Shown: piece after piece, positions 18,922 through 28,245 of the stretch
Layout of the letters: every line of letters begins with the position of its first letter
Numbering within the stretch: the first letter of the stretch is position 1
DNA from: an uncultured Candidatus Saccharibacteria bacterium
Lineage (GTDB): Bacteria > Patescibacteriota > Minisyncoccia > Phycocordibacterales > Phycocordibacteraceae
NCBI GenBank assembly: GCA_964391975.1
Contig: CAYMNZ010000001.1
Coordinates: 418,064 to 482,063, forward strand
Length of the DNA stretch: 64,000 bases
Reading direction: 5' to 3'
Made by a program: the position numbers and the translations under genes
Notes under the pieces: model-generated
Seen by the model: only the letters and a program-made list of their open reading frames with translations
Told to the model about the DNA's origin: nothing
Databases searched by the model: none

Positions 18922-19607
18922 AGTTCAGCAATGACAGAAATTGGTAGATGGTCCGAGCCCTTGGATTCCTCAACCTTAAAGGAGTGCGTCTTGATGTCTT
19001 TGGTCGTGAAAATGTAATCGAGCTTTGTATCGACTACTTGCGGATTGCACGTCTTACATCCATCAGGATAGACGCTCCACGTAGGTAGCGAGTCTGGGTC
19101 AGAGTCGACAAGAACAGACTTCATGCACCGTATAGCCTCACTGTCTGGGGTCGCATTGAAATCCCCCATGACGAGGGTGTTCTCTGCTGGAAGCGCGGAG
19201 AGGAGATTCTCTATTTGCTCCATCTGCACATCCGAATGTTCTTGGTGGGTATGGAGCGTGTGGACGCTAAACACGCGAAGTACTTTCTCCCCTACCTGCA
19301 GGTCTATGCGTACTGCACCTCGAGCATTCTCTTTTGAAAGCAAATAGGTTTCGCTCGATAAAATAGGCAACTTTGAGAAGAGCGCAGGGCCATCATTGAA
19401 AGTATTGTCTCCCCACTTCTTACGTGCTGGGAGGAAAATATGATGGTAGCCGCGTGAGGAGAGATACCCAATCACATCCCGCTCGGGGTCTGTATCCTTC
19501 ACTTCCTGCAGACCGATGATGTCTGGGTCTACTCGCTCAATGAGTGTCTTGTATTCTTCGAACTTACCTTCTATCCAAATGTTCCAAGAGAGAATCTTGA
19601 GTTGCAT
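18918..19607 (-). CDS. Endonuclease/exonuclease/phosphatase (EEP) family protein
   Basis: N-terminal LKILSWNIW...DPDIIGLQEV and C-terminal SDHLPI EEP motifs; lower GC than the flanks. Confidence 0.75.
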   Translation of the reverse strand: MQLKILSWNIWIEGKFEEYKTLIERVDPDIIGLQEVKDTDPERDVIGYLSSRGYHHIFLPARKKWGDNTFNDGPALFSKLPILSSETYLLSKENARGAVRIDLQVGEKVLRVFSVHTLHTHQEHSDVQMEQIENLLSALPAENTLVMGDFNATPDSEAIRCMKSVLVDSDPDSLPTWSVYPDGCKTCNPQVVDTKLDYIFTTKDIKTHSFKVEESKGSDHLPISVIAEL

Positions 19608-19609
19608 GG

Positions 19610-20254
19610 CTATTTAATGAGTGGAGCTATCTTCTCCCAAACCTTATCGCATATGAATTGATGCCCTGCCTGGTTGGGATGGAGACCATCTATGTAAAGG
19701 TACTTCTCCTTCCATTCGTCGGGGTCTACACCTAGTTCGATGAACGTCACTCCTACCTCCGCAGCGATGCCACGAAGGGCTTCATCAAAGAGCGCACGGC
19801 GTGCATTGGTGAAATACGATTTTCGATCGCTAAACGGACTTATCTTAGGATTAGTTTTTGATTCATCGACTGTTCCACTCCCCACGAAAAATACATGATC
19901 AACCTGCCTCTTGAGAGTGGTAAGAAAGATGGTCATCTCCTTCGTGTATTCCTCAACCGTCGACACGAAGTTAGCGGGGTCATTTTCCGCTTTAGCATTG
20001 TTACCGCCTATCGAGACGAGGGCGATAGTTAGGCCGTCCCTCTTGTACGCCTTCAGCTGTCCCTCAACTGTTTCCTGCGCAAAGGCAATCTTTGCTCCCG
20101 ACTTGCCAAAATTAAAGAGTTCCCATTTCTCTCCTCTTCCATTGACACCATAAAGCTCTCCGTGAAGACGGCACTTAAGAAGGTCAGCCCACCCTCCGTC
20201 TTTACCGCCAACACCGTATGCAGAACTCGAACCGAAGACGAATACCTGATTCAT
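19610..20254 (-). CDS. SGNH/GDSL hydrolase family protein
   Basis: N-terminal VFVFGSSSAYGVGG (GDS block) and C-terminal DGLHPN (catalytic D...H). Confidence 0.7.
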   Translation of the reverse strand: MNQVFVFGSSSAYGVGGKDGGWADLLKCRLHGELYGVNGRGEKWELFNFGKSGAKIAFAQETVEGQLKAYKRDGLTIALVSIGGNNAKAENDPANFVSTVEEYTKEMTIFLTTLKRQVDHVFFVGSGTVDESKTNPKISPFSDRKSYFTNARRALFDEALRGIAAEVGVTFIELGVDPDEWKEKYLYIDGLHPNQAGHQFICDKVWEKIAPLIK

Positions 20255-20263
20255 CCTCTTATA

Positions 20264-20998
20264 TTACCCCACACTATCTTTGAGCTGAGAGTGTATCTGG
20301 TCAGCTGAGTAATTTGGCTTCTCAGGCATATATCCAAGTATCTCCTTTGCCTTGGTTATATCGAGATGAGGTACGTCGTCTACGATGCTGAACGCCTCGT
20401 ACCAAAGTTCACCAGGGTATTCGAGCGCAAGCTTAATTGCTTGAGTGGCATTATTGATGCTGACACTAGTTCCGAGAAAAACCTTGTTAATCGGACCAAA
20501 ACGAAGTGCAATCGTTTGCACTTTCTTATTCAAGCCAAACCAAGCAGCAATCTGCTCAGCCATTACTTTACTGACATGATATGAAAGATCGACTTCTCGC
20601 ATAGAAAGCTGATCTGCCTTTAGGTACTGTGATACGAACGGCTGATTTTCAGTAATCGGCGTCTGAAACGGTATTCCCTTCTCGATACCGTAGATGGTAG
20701 TCGAGCTTGCGTAAATGACTCGACGTACGCCATGCTCATTTGCTGCGCGCAATACGTTGAGTGTTGACTCAACATTATTGGAGAAATATTCTGGGAAACT
20801 CTTTCCTTCGACAGGCTTAGGGATGGCGGCAAGGTGCACTACCTGTTCGCATCCCTTCATCTTTTCGCTTAGTGTTGCGTAATCAAGAAGGTTAAGACCA
20901 TCTTGAAGATCGTAGCCCACTATCTCGTAGTCGTTCCCGTAGCGTTGTATGAACTCGGTTCCTAAATACCCCTTATCCCCGGTAAGAAGGATTTTCAT
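20264..20998 (-). CDS. NAD-dependent epimerase/dehydratase (SDR) family protein
   Basis: MKILLTGDKGYLGTEF Rossmann motif and Y..xK; low GC. Confidence 0.75.
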   Translation of the reverse strand: MKILLTGDKGYLGTEFIQRYGNDYEIVGYDLQDGLNLLDYATLSEKMKGCEQVVHLAAIPKPVEGKSFPEYFSNNVESTLNVLRAANEHGVRRVIYASSTTIYGIEKGIPFQTPITENQPFVSQYLKADQLSMREVDLSYHVSKVMAEQIAAWFGLNKKVQTIALRFGPINKVFLGTSVSINNATQAIKLALEYPGELWYEAFSIVDDVPHLDITKAKEILGYMPEKPNYSADQIHSQLKDSVG

Positions 20999-21004
20999 GG
21001 TTAT

Positions 21005-21778
21005 CTAATTCCTCAATCCCGCCCCCTTCGTAAAGCTCCACAACGTCGCCCCTAAGAGCACCACCGTCACCGCTATCGTAATCCCGAAGCTCATCCACAG
21101 GCTCACATCCGAAACCCCCAAGAACCCGTGTCGGAAGGCATTCACCATATATAGGATGGGATTTCCAAGAGAAAGGGTGCGGAATGGCTCTGGAAGGAGC
21201 TCGATGGAGTAGAAGATGCCTCCGAGGTAGGTCAGCGGGGTGAGCACAAAGTTCGGGACAATGGTGATGCCATCGAAGCCCTTGGCAAAGATGCCGTTCA
21301 CGAGCCCTGCAAGGGAGAAGAGCACGGCGGTTAGAAGACCAGCGGCAATGATTATCAAAACGTTATGGAGCGTAATCTGAGTGAAGAGTAGCGACACAAT
21401 AATCACCAGGATGCTCACAATCACCGAGCGCAGCACTCCTCCCGTCACGTACCCCAGCACAATAAGCCAGTGCGGCATTGGAGAGACGAGCAGCTCATCA
21501 ATGCTCCGCATGAACTTCGCAGAGAAGAACATGGAAGAGACGTGCGCGTACGCGCTCGTAATCACCGTCATCATGACAAGTCCCGGCATGATGAACTGCA
21601 TGTAGGAGAACCCTTCAATAGGCTGCACCTGGCTTCCAATGAAGCCCCCGAAGATAGCAAAGTAGAGCGAGGTCGTCACCACCGGAGGCAGCAAGGTCTG
21701 CGACCAGATACGGAAGATGCGCACGACCTCCTTCCGGATCATGGTGTAGTAGGCGGTCCACATTGCTTGAGTCGTCAT
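21005..21778 (-). CDS. ABC-2 type transporter permease
   Basis: Six TM helices, ABC-2 permease-like; overlaps the upstream ATPase gene by 4 nt. Confidence 0.7.
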   Translation of the reverse strand: MTTQAMWTAYYTMIRKEVVRIFRIWSQTLLPPVVTTSLYFAIFGGFIGSQVQPIEGFSYMQFIMPGLVMMTVITSAYAHVSSMFFSAKFMRSIDELLVSPMPHWLIVLGYVTGGVLRSVIVSILVIIVSLLFTQITLHNVLIIIAAGLLTAVLFSLAGLVNGIFAKGFDGITIVPNFVLTPLTYLGGIFYSIELLPEPFRTLSLGNPILYMVNAFRHGFLGVSDVSLWMSFGITIAVTVVLLGATLWSFTKGAGLRN

Positions 21779-22536
21779 ACGGCTGGTTTGTCGTCTGCGG
21801 TCATCTCTAGGAAGATGTCCTCAAGCTTCTTGTCTCCGTGACGAGCAAGGAGGTTCTTCATCGGCTCGTTTGCGACAATCTCCCCTTTCCGGATGATGGC
21901 CACGTGGCGAGCAAGCTGCTCTGCCTCCTCCAGGTAATGGGTGGTGAGAACAATAGTAGTTCCTTCAGCATTTATCTTGCGGAGAAATTCCCACATCCCG
22001 CGACGAAGCTCAACGTCCACTCCGGCAGTTGGCTCATCAAGCAGAAGCACCGAGGGCTGGTGCATGAGTGCGCGCGCAATCATAAGTCGGCGCTTCATTC
22101 CTCCCGAGAGCGCTTGAGACTTGTCGTTACGCTTTTCCCAGATACCAAGGTCCTTAAGCACCACCTCTGCGCGGGCGAGTGCCTCTGCACGAGGAATACC
22201 GTAGTAGCCAGCTTGGTCAACAACAATATCGAGCACCTTCTCGAAGATATTGAAGTTGAACTCCTGCGGGACCACGCCGATGTGTGTCTTCGCAAGCGAA
22301 GGATTCTCATCAATGGAGACACCGTTCACCTTCACGTCCCCTGAACTTTTCACCACGAGCCCGGTCAGAATGCCGATGATGGTCGTCTTCCCCGCCCCGT
22401 TAGGCCCTAAAAGCGCAAAGAACTCCCCGCGAGGTACAGAGAGCGAGACCCCCTTAAGAGCCTCAGTCGCAGCAGCGGACTTATCAGACTTCCTATAGAC
22501 CTTCTTGAGGTCTTTGATTTCAATAGCAGGCTCCAT
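21775..22536 (-). CDS. ABC transporter ATP-binding protein
   Basis: Walker A LGPNGAGKTT, signature LSGGMKRRL, Walker B LLLDEPTAGVD. Confidence 0.9.
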   Translation of the reverse strand: MEPAIEIKDLKKVYRKSDKSAAATEALKGVSLSVPRGEFFALLGPNGAGKTTIIGILTGLVVKSSGDVKVNGVSIDENPSLAKTHIGVVPQEFNFNIFEKVLDIVVDQAGYYGIPRAEALARAEVVLKDLGIWEKRNDKSQALSGGMKRRLMIARALMHQPSVLLLDEPTAGVDVELRRGMWEFLRKINAEGTTIVLTTHYLEEAEQLARHVAIIRKGEIVANEPMKNLLARHGDKKLEDIFLEMTADDKPAV

Positions 22537-22574
22537 TTTCAGCCATTATAGCATTTGGGCTATACTCTGCAGTA

Positions 22575-23312
22575 ATGCGACCGGCCCACGAGTACCGACA
22601 CATCTTCTTTGACGTCGATAAGACGCTCACGAAGAGCCGCTCACCGATGGCGCCTGAACACCAGGAAGTATTCGCGCGGTTGTGTGCTGAGCGTGACGTC
22701 GTCGTCGTGACCGGTGGCTCACGCGACCAAATGCGTGAGCAGGTCACCCCTCGCTTTGATGGAATGTACACTGCACTCCCACAGAGCGGCAATCTTGCGA
22801 TAGGAAAAGATGGAAGCGAATTCTGGTACGACCCACTCACCAACGCACAGGTAGAGGAAATCATGCGCGCCATTACTGAGTTGAGGCACTATTTCAATAT
22901 CACCGTCAAAGATGAGAACGACATCATCGACAACCGTGGCGCACAGGTGAGCTACAGTGTCCTCGGATTCCACGAAGACATAGAAAAGAAGTACGCGTTT
23001 GACCCGAGCGACACGAAGCGTCAGGCAGCACTTAGGGCACTCCCTCAAGTAGTGAGCCGCCTCGATGCAGTTGGCATCATCGCCGTTCCGGCAGGCACTA
23101 CCGTTTTCAACTTCATCCCGAAGGGCAAAGACAAGGGACATAACGTGGAGCGATTGATCGAGCGCATGGGCTGGTCAAAGGAAGACTGTATCTACGTGGG
23201 AGACGCACTCTATCCTGGAGGAAACGATGAATCGGTCATGGACGTGATCGACACGAAAGCAGTTGCCGTTCCTGAAGAAACGTTCGATTTCATACAGCAG
23301 ATTCTTTCCTGA
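22575..23312 (+). CDS. HAD-superfamily (IIB-like) hydrolase, phosphomannomutase/sugar-phosphatase-like
   Basis: Motif I FFDVDKTLT; C-terminal VGDALYPGGNDESV (motif IV). Confidence 0.65.
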   Translation: MRPAHEYRHIFFDVDKTLTKSRSPMAPEHQEVFARLCAERDVVVVTGGSRDQMREQVTPRFDGMYTALPQSGNLAIGKDGSEFWYDPLTNAQVEEIMRAITELRHYFNITVKDENDIIDNRGAQVSYSVLGFHEDIEKKYAFDPSDTKRQAALRALPQVVSRLDAVGIIAVPAGTTVFNFIPKGKDKGHNVERLIERMGWSKEDCIYVGDALYPGGNDESVMDVIDTKAVAVPEETFDFIQQILS

Positions 23313-23347
23313 TTCCCACGTTCCTACCGTGCTACGATACTGAGGAA

Positions 23348-24994
23348 ATGCTTCGTGACGACATAGCAAAGGCCATCAAGGGCGATGTCGCTGACGACTC
23401 CCCTACCCTCGACACATTCTCGCGCGACACGAGTGTCTTCGAGAAGCGCCCCACGCTTGTGGTGTATCCCAAGGATGCCAACGACGTCTCAAACCTCGTG
23501 CATGCGGTACACGCACTTAAAGAAACCGGCGAAGACGTTTCCGTAACTGCTCGCTCAGCAGGTACCGACATGTCGGGTGGACCGCTCACCACCTCTATCG
23601 TCGCGGTATTCACCAAGTACATGAACCAGGTACTTGAGGTAGGAGACGGCTACGCAATTACCGAGCCAGGAGCCTTCTATCGTGACTTCGAAAAGGAGAC
23701 GCTCAAGAAAGGCTTTATTCTCCCCTCTTATCCGGCCTCCCGTGAAATCGCAGCCATGGGCGGGATTGTGAACAACAACTCCGGTGGTGAACGCACCCTC
23801 AAATACGGCAAGACCGAGAAGTATGTCGAAGAAGTAGAAGTGATTCTCTCAGATGGTACGAAGACTACCTTCAAAGCACTTGGCCCCGACGAGCTTGCAG
23901 AGAAGAAACTCCAGAAGGACCTCGAAGGCGATATCTATCGGAGAATGAGCAACCTCATCATCGACAACCGCGAGACCATCGAAGCTGCGCGCCCCAAGGT
24001 CTCTAAGAACTCTGCCGGCTACGCACTCTGGAGCGTGATGGATTTTGAGAACGGTACCTTCAACCTCGCGAAGCTTATCTGTGGTGCGCAAGGCACCCTC
24101 GCGCTCATGACCAAGGCGAAGCTCTCCTTGGTAAAGCCACAGGACCATCGCTCAATGTTGGTCGTCTTCCTCTCAGACATGAATGTGCTTCCGGAGGTCG
24201 TGAAGCGCGTCCTTAAATACAATCCGGAATCCTTTGAGTCCTACGACGACCACACTTTCAAACTCGCCGTGCAGTTCCTGCCACAGATGCTCTCGCAGAT
24301 GGGTTTATTCCGTGCGATTCGTCTCGGCTTCTCTTTCCTTCCGGAAGTAGGGCTCGTGCTCAAAGGTGGCGTACCGAAATTGGTACTCATGGCAGAGTTC
24401 TCTGAAGACACGCACGAAGCTGCACTCAAGGCAGCCAAGGATGCACAACAATCTCTCAAAGACCTCGGCCTCCCGACGCGCATCAACGTCGATGAGCGTG
24501 CAAGTGAGAAGTACTGGATTGTGCGTCGCGAAAGCTTCTCCCTTCTTCGCAAGAACCTGAAGGGCCTCTATGCCTCTCCATTCATTGATGACTTCGTCGT
24601 CCCTCCGGAGACCTACCCGGAGTTCCTCCCGAAGCTCTACGAGATTCTCGACCAGTACAACCTCATCTTCACCATCGCCGGACACATTGGAAACGGCAAC
24701 TTCCACATTATTCCTCTTATGGACCTCTCCAAGGAGGAGGCGCACACGACCATACTCGAACTCTCTCCCAAGGTCTACGACCTCGTGATTAAGTACGGTG
24801 GTACCACCACTGGCGAGCACAACGACGGTATCATCCGCACCCCCTACCTGACCCAGTTGTTCGGGGAGAAAATGGTGGAATTGTTCAGGCAAACAAAGGA
24901 GATTTTCGACCCCTTGACTATCCTCAATCCTGGGAAGAAAGTGGGAGGAACCTTTGAGGATATCCGAAAGGCCATGACTCACCACGTTTCGTAA
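23348..24994 (+). CDS. FAD-linked oxidase (PCMH-type FAD-binding, GlcD/D-lactate dehydrogenase-like)
   Basis: N-terminal FAD-binding pattern (VVYPKDANDVSNLVHAV..., ARSAGTDMSGG) and a C-terminal FAD-oxidase_C-like region. Confidence 0.7.
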   Translation: MLRDDIAKAIKGDVADDSPTLDTFSRDTSVFEKRPTLVVYPKDANDVSNLVHAVHALKETGEDVSVTARSAGTDMSGGPLTTSIVAVFTKYMNQVLEVGDGYAITEPGAFYRDFEKETLKKGFILPSYPASREIAAMGGIVNNNSGGERTLKYGKTEKYVEEVEVILSDGTKTTFKALGPDELAEKKLQKDLEGDIYRRMSNLIIDNRETIEAARPKVSKNSAGYALWSVMDFENGTFNLAKLICGAQGTLALMTKAKLSLVKPQDHRSMLVVFLSDMNVLPEVVKRVLKYNPESFESYDDHTFKLAVQFLPQMLSQMGLFRAIRLGFSFLPEVGLVLKGGVPKLVLMAEFSEDTHEAALKAAKDAQQSLKDLGLPTRINVDERASEKYWIVRRESFSLLRKNLKGLYASPFIDDFVVPPETYPEFLPKLYEILDQYNLIFTIAGHIGNGNFHIIPLMDLSKEEAHTTILELSPKVYDLVIKYGGTTTGEHNDGIIRTPYLTQLFGEKMVELFRQTKEIFDPLTILNPGKKVGGTFEDIRKAMTHHVS

Positions 24995-25013
24995 TCTTAT
25001 ATACTGAGGATGT

Positions 25014-25343
25014 ATGGAAGACCAAGACAAACAAGAAGGAAGCCCGACAGACAACAAGCCCGCAGAAGAGCTCTGGCCTGAACTCGCAAAAATAAAAGAA
25101 GACGACGGTCCAATCACCAACAAGCTGGATTCGGTAATCGTCCAGAAAATAAAAGGGGACCTGTCAAAGAACCCTGCGCTCGCTGAGACGTTGCTCGATT
25201 TCGTCGCTGGCCGCGACTTTAAGTCCGACCGGCATGCATGGGAACTAAATACCCGGAGTGTCGCATTCAACCTCGGCATCCCGACTGCAGTCATTGATGT
25301 AGCGATACGTCGTATAGCCGCGAAGTTGCAGAAGAAGGGCTGA
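25014..25343 (+). CDS. Hypothetical protein (first gene of a tight three-gene operon with purN)
   Basis: 109-aa ORF preceded by a TATACT...GAGG...ATG start context; 4-nt gap to purN. Confidence 0.45.
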   Translation: MEDQDKQEGSPTDNKPAEELWPELAKIKEDDGPITNKLDSVIVQKIKGDLSKNPALAETLLDFVAGRDFKSDRHAWELNTRSVAFNLGIPTAVIDVAIRRIAAKLQKKG

Positions 25344-25347
25344 GCCG

Positions 25348-25956
25348 ATGAAGCCCCGCCTCCTCATCCTTGCCTCAGGCACCCCGGACGGCGGGGGGAG
25401 CGGCTTTGAGAACCTCGTACAGAACGTCACGGCGGCAGATATTGTCGGTGTCGTCTCTAACAATGAGAATGGTGGTGTACGAGAACGTGCAGACCGCCTT
25501 GGTATTCCCTTCACGTACTTCTCCGGTCCCTACTCCGCCGAAAACTACCAGAAGATAGTCAAAGAGACTGGAGCAGACTTCGTCGCCCTTTCCGGCTGGC
25601 TGAAGCTCGTCGCAGGACTCGACCCCAAAACTACTTTCAACATTCACCCCGGTCCCCTTCCTGAGTTCGGCGGCAAGGGACTCTGGGGGCGTTTTGTGCA
25701 CGAAGCAGTGCTTAAGGCATATGCGGAAGGGCGCATTACAGAGTCAGCAGTTTCCATGCACTTCGTAACGCCCGAGTTCGACGAAGGTCCCGTCTTCTTC
25801 TCGCACCCAGTTCCTATACTTCCAGAAGACACACCGGAGACACTCGCGGAGCGTGTGCAGGCAGCAGAAAAGAAGTGGCAGCCCCAGATTACTGACAAAG
25901 TGGTGCGTGGTGAGGTAACCTGGAACGGCGAACATAAGGAATCACTCCATGTTTGA
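25348..25956 (+). CDS. purN: Phosphoribosylglycinamide formyltransferase-like protein (Formyl_trans_N domain)
   Basis: LLILASGTPDGGGSGFENL..., NIHPGPLPEFGG, and HFVTPEFDEGPVFF..PILPEDTPETLAERV match the PurN catalytic core (N, H, D). Confidence 0.7.
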   Translation: MKPRLLILASGTPDGGGSGFENLVQNVTAADIVGVVSNNENGGVRERADRLGIPFTYFSGPYSAENYQKIVKETGADFVALSGWLKLVAGLDPKTTFNIHPGPLPEFGGKGLWGRFVHEAVLKAYAEGRITESAVSMHFVTPEFDEGPVFFSHPVPILPEDTPETLAERVQAAEKKWQPQITDKVVRGEVTWNGEHKESLHV

Positions 25957-27010
25957 AAATAAAGAACAGAAACTAGCTGCGAAGGCCGACCAGTATCCTC
26001 TCCTTGAAGGACGCGAAGCCATTTTGAACCATGCCACACGTACACGTGTGCAACCCGACGCATGGCTTGCGCGCGTTGAAGAGCATGTAAAGAATGGCGA
26101 CATTGGCATTAACGACCTTGAGTATTTCGTAAGTAACTTTGCAAACACCTATAACGGCGTCCCTCAGTTCGCAAAGCGCTTTCCGAAGGCTACAAATCTG
26201 TACACGTTTATGAAACGTGGGCCGCTCAATGACGCCATGCACTCCTGCTCCGTCAATCAGTCCCAAAGCAGAACGAACCTTTGGCCTGCAGCCTTCTCAC
26301 TCTCAGGAGCTGAGGCGAGCGCAGACGGTCTGCGCCCTCCTTTTGAGATCGTCGACCTCCTCAACGCTGATATCTCATTCTTGACTGCGCACGATGGCAC
26401 CACAATCGACCTCACAAAAGGACGAGTCGAGGGTTCGAAAACACATTGGGAGGCTGGCCAATCAAACGTGGAGGTGTGTGCTGAAGCTGAGCGGCGCTTC
26501 TTCCGTACGCTTACAGGAAAAATTGCAGAGGGCTCCGCTGAACCAGCCAACCTACTCATACACGGAAAGGAACTGGAAGGCATTGTGTTCACCGACCAAG
26601 GTAAGGCAGTGGGTCTCGTGAAATTCGTTGGGGAGTTCAGTCTCCTGGCACTGCGCAGTGTGGGGAGTTCCGAAGGAACGGAATTCCACAAGGGCATGCT
26701 CTATTCTCTCAACGGGCCGCTGAAAATGCTCCTACGAGACATTATGGGCAAACACAAGACATCTGAGCCGGACCCGACGGAACCACTCAAACGTCGGTTC
26801 CTCTCCATCGACGTAGCCGCACTCAAACAGGAAGCGGACAAAGCGAACGTAGTGCTCGCCAAGAGGAGCACTCGATTCCTCGGTATACGCCACATGAAGG
26901 AACCGGAGGAATCCAAGGTGAACATGTATGAGGAAATGGATTCTTTCGCGCAGGAATTCGAGATCGGCGCCTTCGCAACCGAACCCCTCTTCCCTACAGA
27001 AGAAAAATAG
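25949..27010 (+). CDS. Hypothetical protein of 353 aa, overlapping the purN stop
   Basis: Long ORF with no motif I can recognise; 8-nt overlap with purN suggests translational coupling. Confidence 0.5.
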   Translation: MFENKEQKLAAKADQYPLLEGREAILNHATRTRVQPDAWLARVEEHVKNGDIGINDLEYFVSNFANTYNGVPQFAKRFPKATNLYTFMKRGPLNDAMHSCSVNQSQSRTNLWPAAFSLSGAEASADGLRPPFEIVDLLNADISFLTAHDGTTIDLTKGRVEGSKTHWEAGQSNVEVCAEAERRFFRTLTGKIAEGSAEPANLLIHGKELEGIVFTDQGKAVGLVKFVGEFSLLALRSVGSSEGTEFHKGMLYSLNGPLKMLLRDIMGKHKTSEPDPTEPLKRRFLSIDVAALKQEADKANVVLAKRSTRFLGIRHMKEPEESKVNMYEEMDSFAQEFEIGAFATEPLFPTEEK

Positions 27011-27152
27011 AAGCTTGTCCCCACCTTCCTTGTGAAAGGGCTAGTTCTGTTGCATACTGCGATTGAGCTCGCAGTATCCAGAACTTCGCGCGGCAAACCC
27101 GCTCCCTAGTGCTCAGTTCGGCGAGAAGTTATACATCAGTCAATCAAGCCAC

Positions 27153-27515
27153 ATGGCAACAAACAAGCTCTATGTCGGCGGTATCCCGTACCGCACGACT
27201 GAAGATGAAATGCGCACCGCCTTTGAAGAGGCAGGTACCGTTTCGTCCGTTAGTATTATCATGGACCGCATGACCGGTCGTTCTCGCGGCTTCGGCTTCG
27301 TCGAGATGGCAGACGAGGCTCAGGCCCAGGCTGCAATCGACCGTTGGGATGGAAAGGAATTCGATGGGCGCACGCTCTCGGTTTCCTTTGCTCGCCCTCA
27401 GGGTGATCGCCCAGCAGGTGGCGCCGGAGGAGGTCGCGGAGGTTTTGGCGGCGGTAACCGCGGAGGCGGCTACGGCGGCGGAAACAGCGGCGGCGGCTAC
27501 GGAGGTGGCTACTAA
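27153..27515 (+). CDS. RRM-type RNA-binding protein with glycine-rich (RGG/GGY) C-terminal tail
   Basis: RNP-2 KLYVGGI and RNP-1 RGFGFVEM; the tail is GGAGGGRGGFGGGNRGGGYGGGNSGGGYGGGY. Start is taken at MATNKLYV rather than the upstream ATG 27063. Confidence 0.85.
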   Translation: MATNKLYVGGIPYRTTEDEMRTAFEEAGTVSSVSIIMDRMTGRSRGFGFVEMADEAQAQAAIDRWDGKEFDGRTLSVSFARPQGDRPAGGAGGGRGGFGGGNRGGGYGGGNSGGGYGGGY

Positions 27516-27526
27516 GCTCTGATAAA

Positions 27527-27560
27527 AGAAAAAGGCCCGCTTCACGCGGGCCTTTTTCTT
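27527..27560 (+). terminator. Rho-independent terminator (AGGCCCGC-TTCAC-GCGGGCCT-TTTTCTT)
   Basis: Perfect 8-bp GC stem plus T-run 12 nt after the RRM gene stop. Confidence 0.85.
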
Positions 27561-28242
27561 ATGGTTTGAACTCCTGAGTATTCGAAGCCGGGGCTTTTTT
27601 TATGAGGTCAAGGACCATGGTAAATCGCGGAGCATTATCGGTTGGCCGTTTATGATACGCACCTAGACGAAGTTTTTCGTCTATCCCAGCTCCGTAAGGA
27701 CCGAGAGCGCCACCAGACATACGATGCACCGTCACCGCGCGACCATTTGGTTGAATAAGGTTCGTTCCCGCAAGGTCATCTGCGTAGAAAGTTGCGGGGC
27801 CAGCCATCGTCGCTATCACGCGACGTACCCCTACAGCCATCTCGGGCTCTACCACATCTGGATGCAACACAAGGTCATCTCCCTGATTTACAGAGCGTGC
27901 TCCCGCGAGGAAGACCGTGACAATATCGTAATCACGAAACGTGTCCTCAAGGAGTTCGTACTCAGCCATCACGTAATCGAGCACAGGAGCTTCTAGACCG
28001 AGTCGAGCGAAACGAGTTCGAACCTCTGTATGTGTGTGGCGTCCACTGTAGTGATATTGGGTCGGCGCAATCTCCGCACTTGCTTTAAGTAATTCCTCCA
28101 CATGAGGATGAGGCGGCAGTTCGATATACGCTGCCCGTGCCCCGCCCTTCTCTATCAGCGAAGGAAGATCGGAGAGACGTTCCGCCTTAAGAATATAGCG
28201 AGAGCCTTTTTCTATAGGTGCGGCTGACACGTCTTCGCTCAT
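27559..28242 (-). CDS. Hypothetical protein of 227 aa, downstream of the DUF1360 gene in the same operon
   Basis: ORF with a 3-nt gap after the upstream gene; His-rich patches (PPHPHVEEL, YHYSGRHTH) but no assignable family. Confidence 0.45.
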   Translation of the reverse strand: MSEDVSAAPIEKGSRYILKAERLSDLPSLIEKGGARAAYIELPPHPHVEELLKASAEIAPTQYHYSGRHTHTEVRTRFARLGLEAPVLDYVMAEYELLEDTFRDYDIVTVFLAGARSVNQGDDLVLHPDVVEPEMAVGVRRVIATMAGPATFYADDLAGTNLIQPNGRAVTVHRMSGGALGPYGAGIDEKLRLGAYHKRPTDNAPRFTMVLDLIKKAPASNTQEFKP

Positions 28243-28245
28243 GGC

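Noticed and set aside
27400-27515. Tandem GGC/GGT (Gly-Gly-Tyr) nucleotide repeats that could look like a repeat array
   Set aside because: They are in-frame codons for the glycine-rich tail of the RRM protein. There are no spacers, and they are not CRISPR-like.
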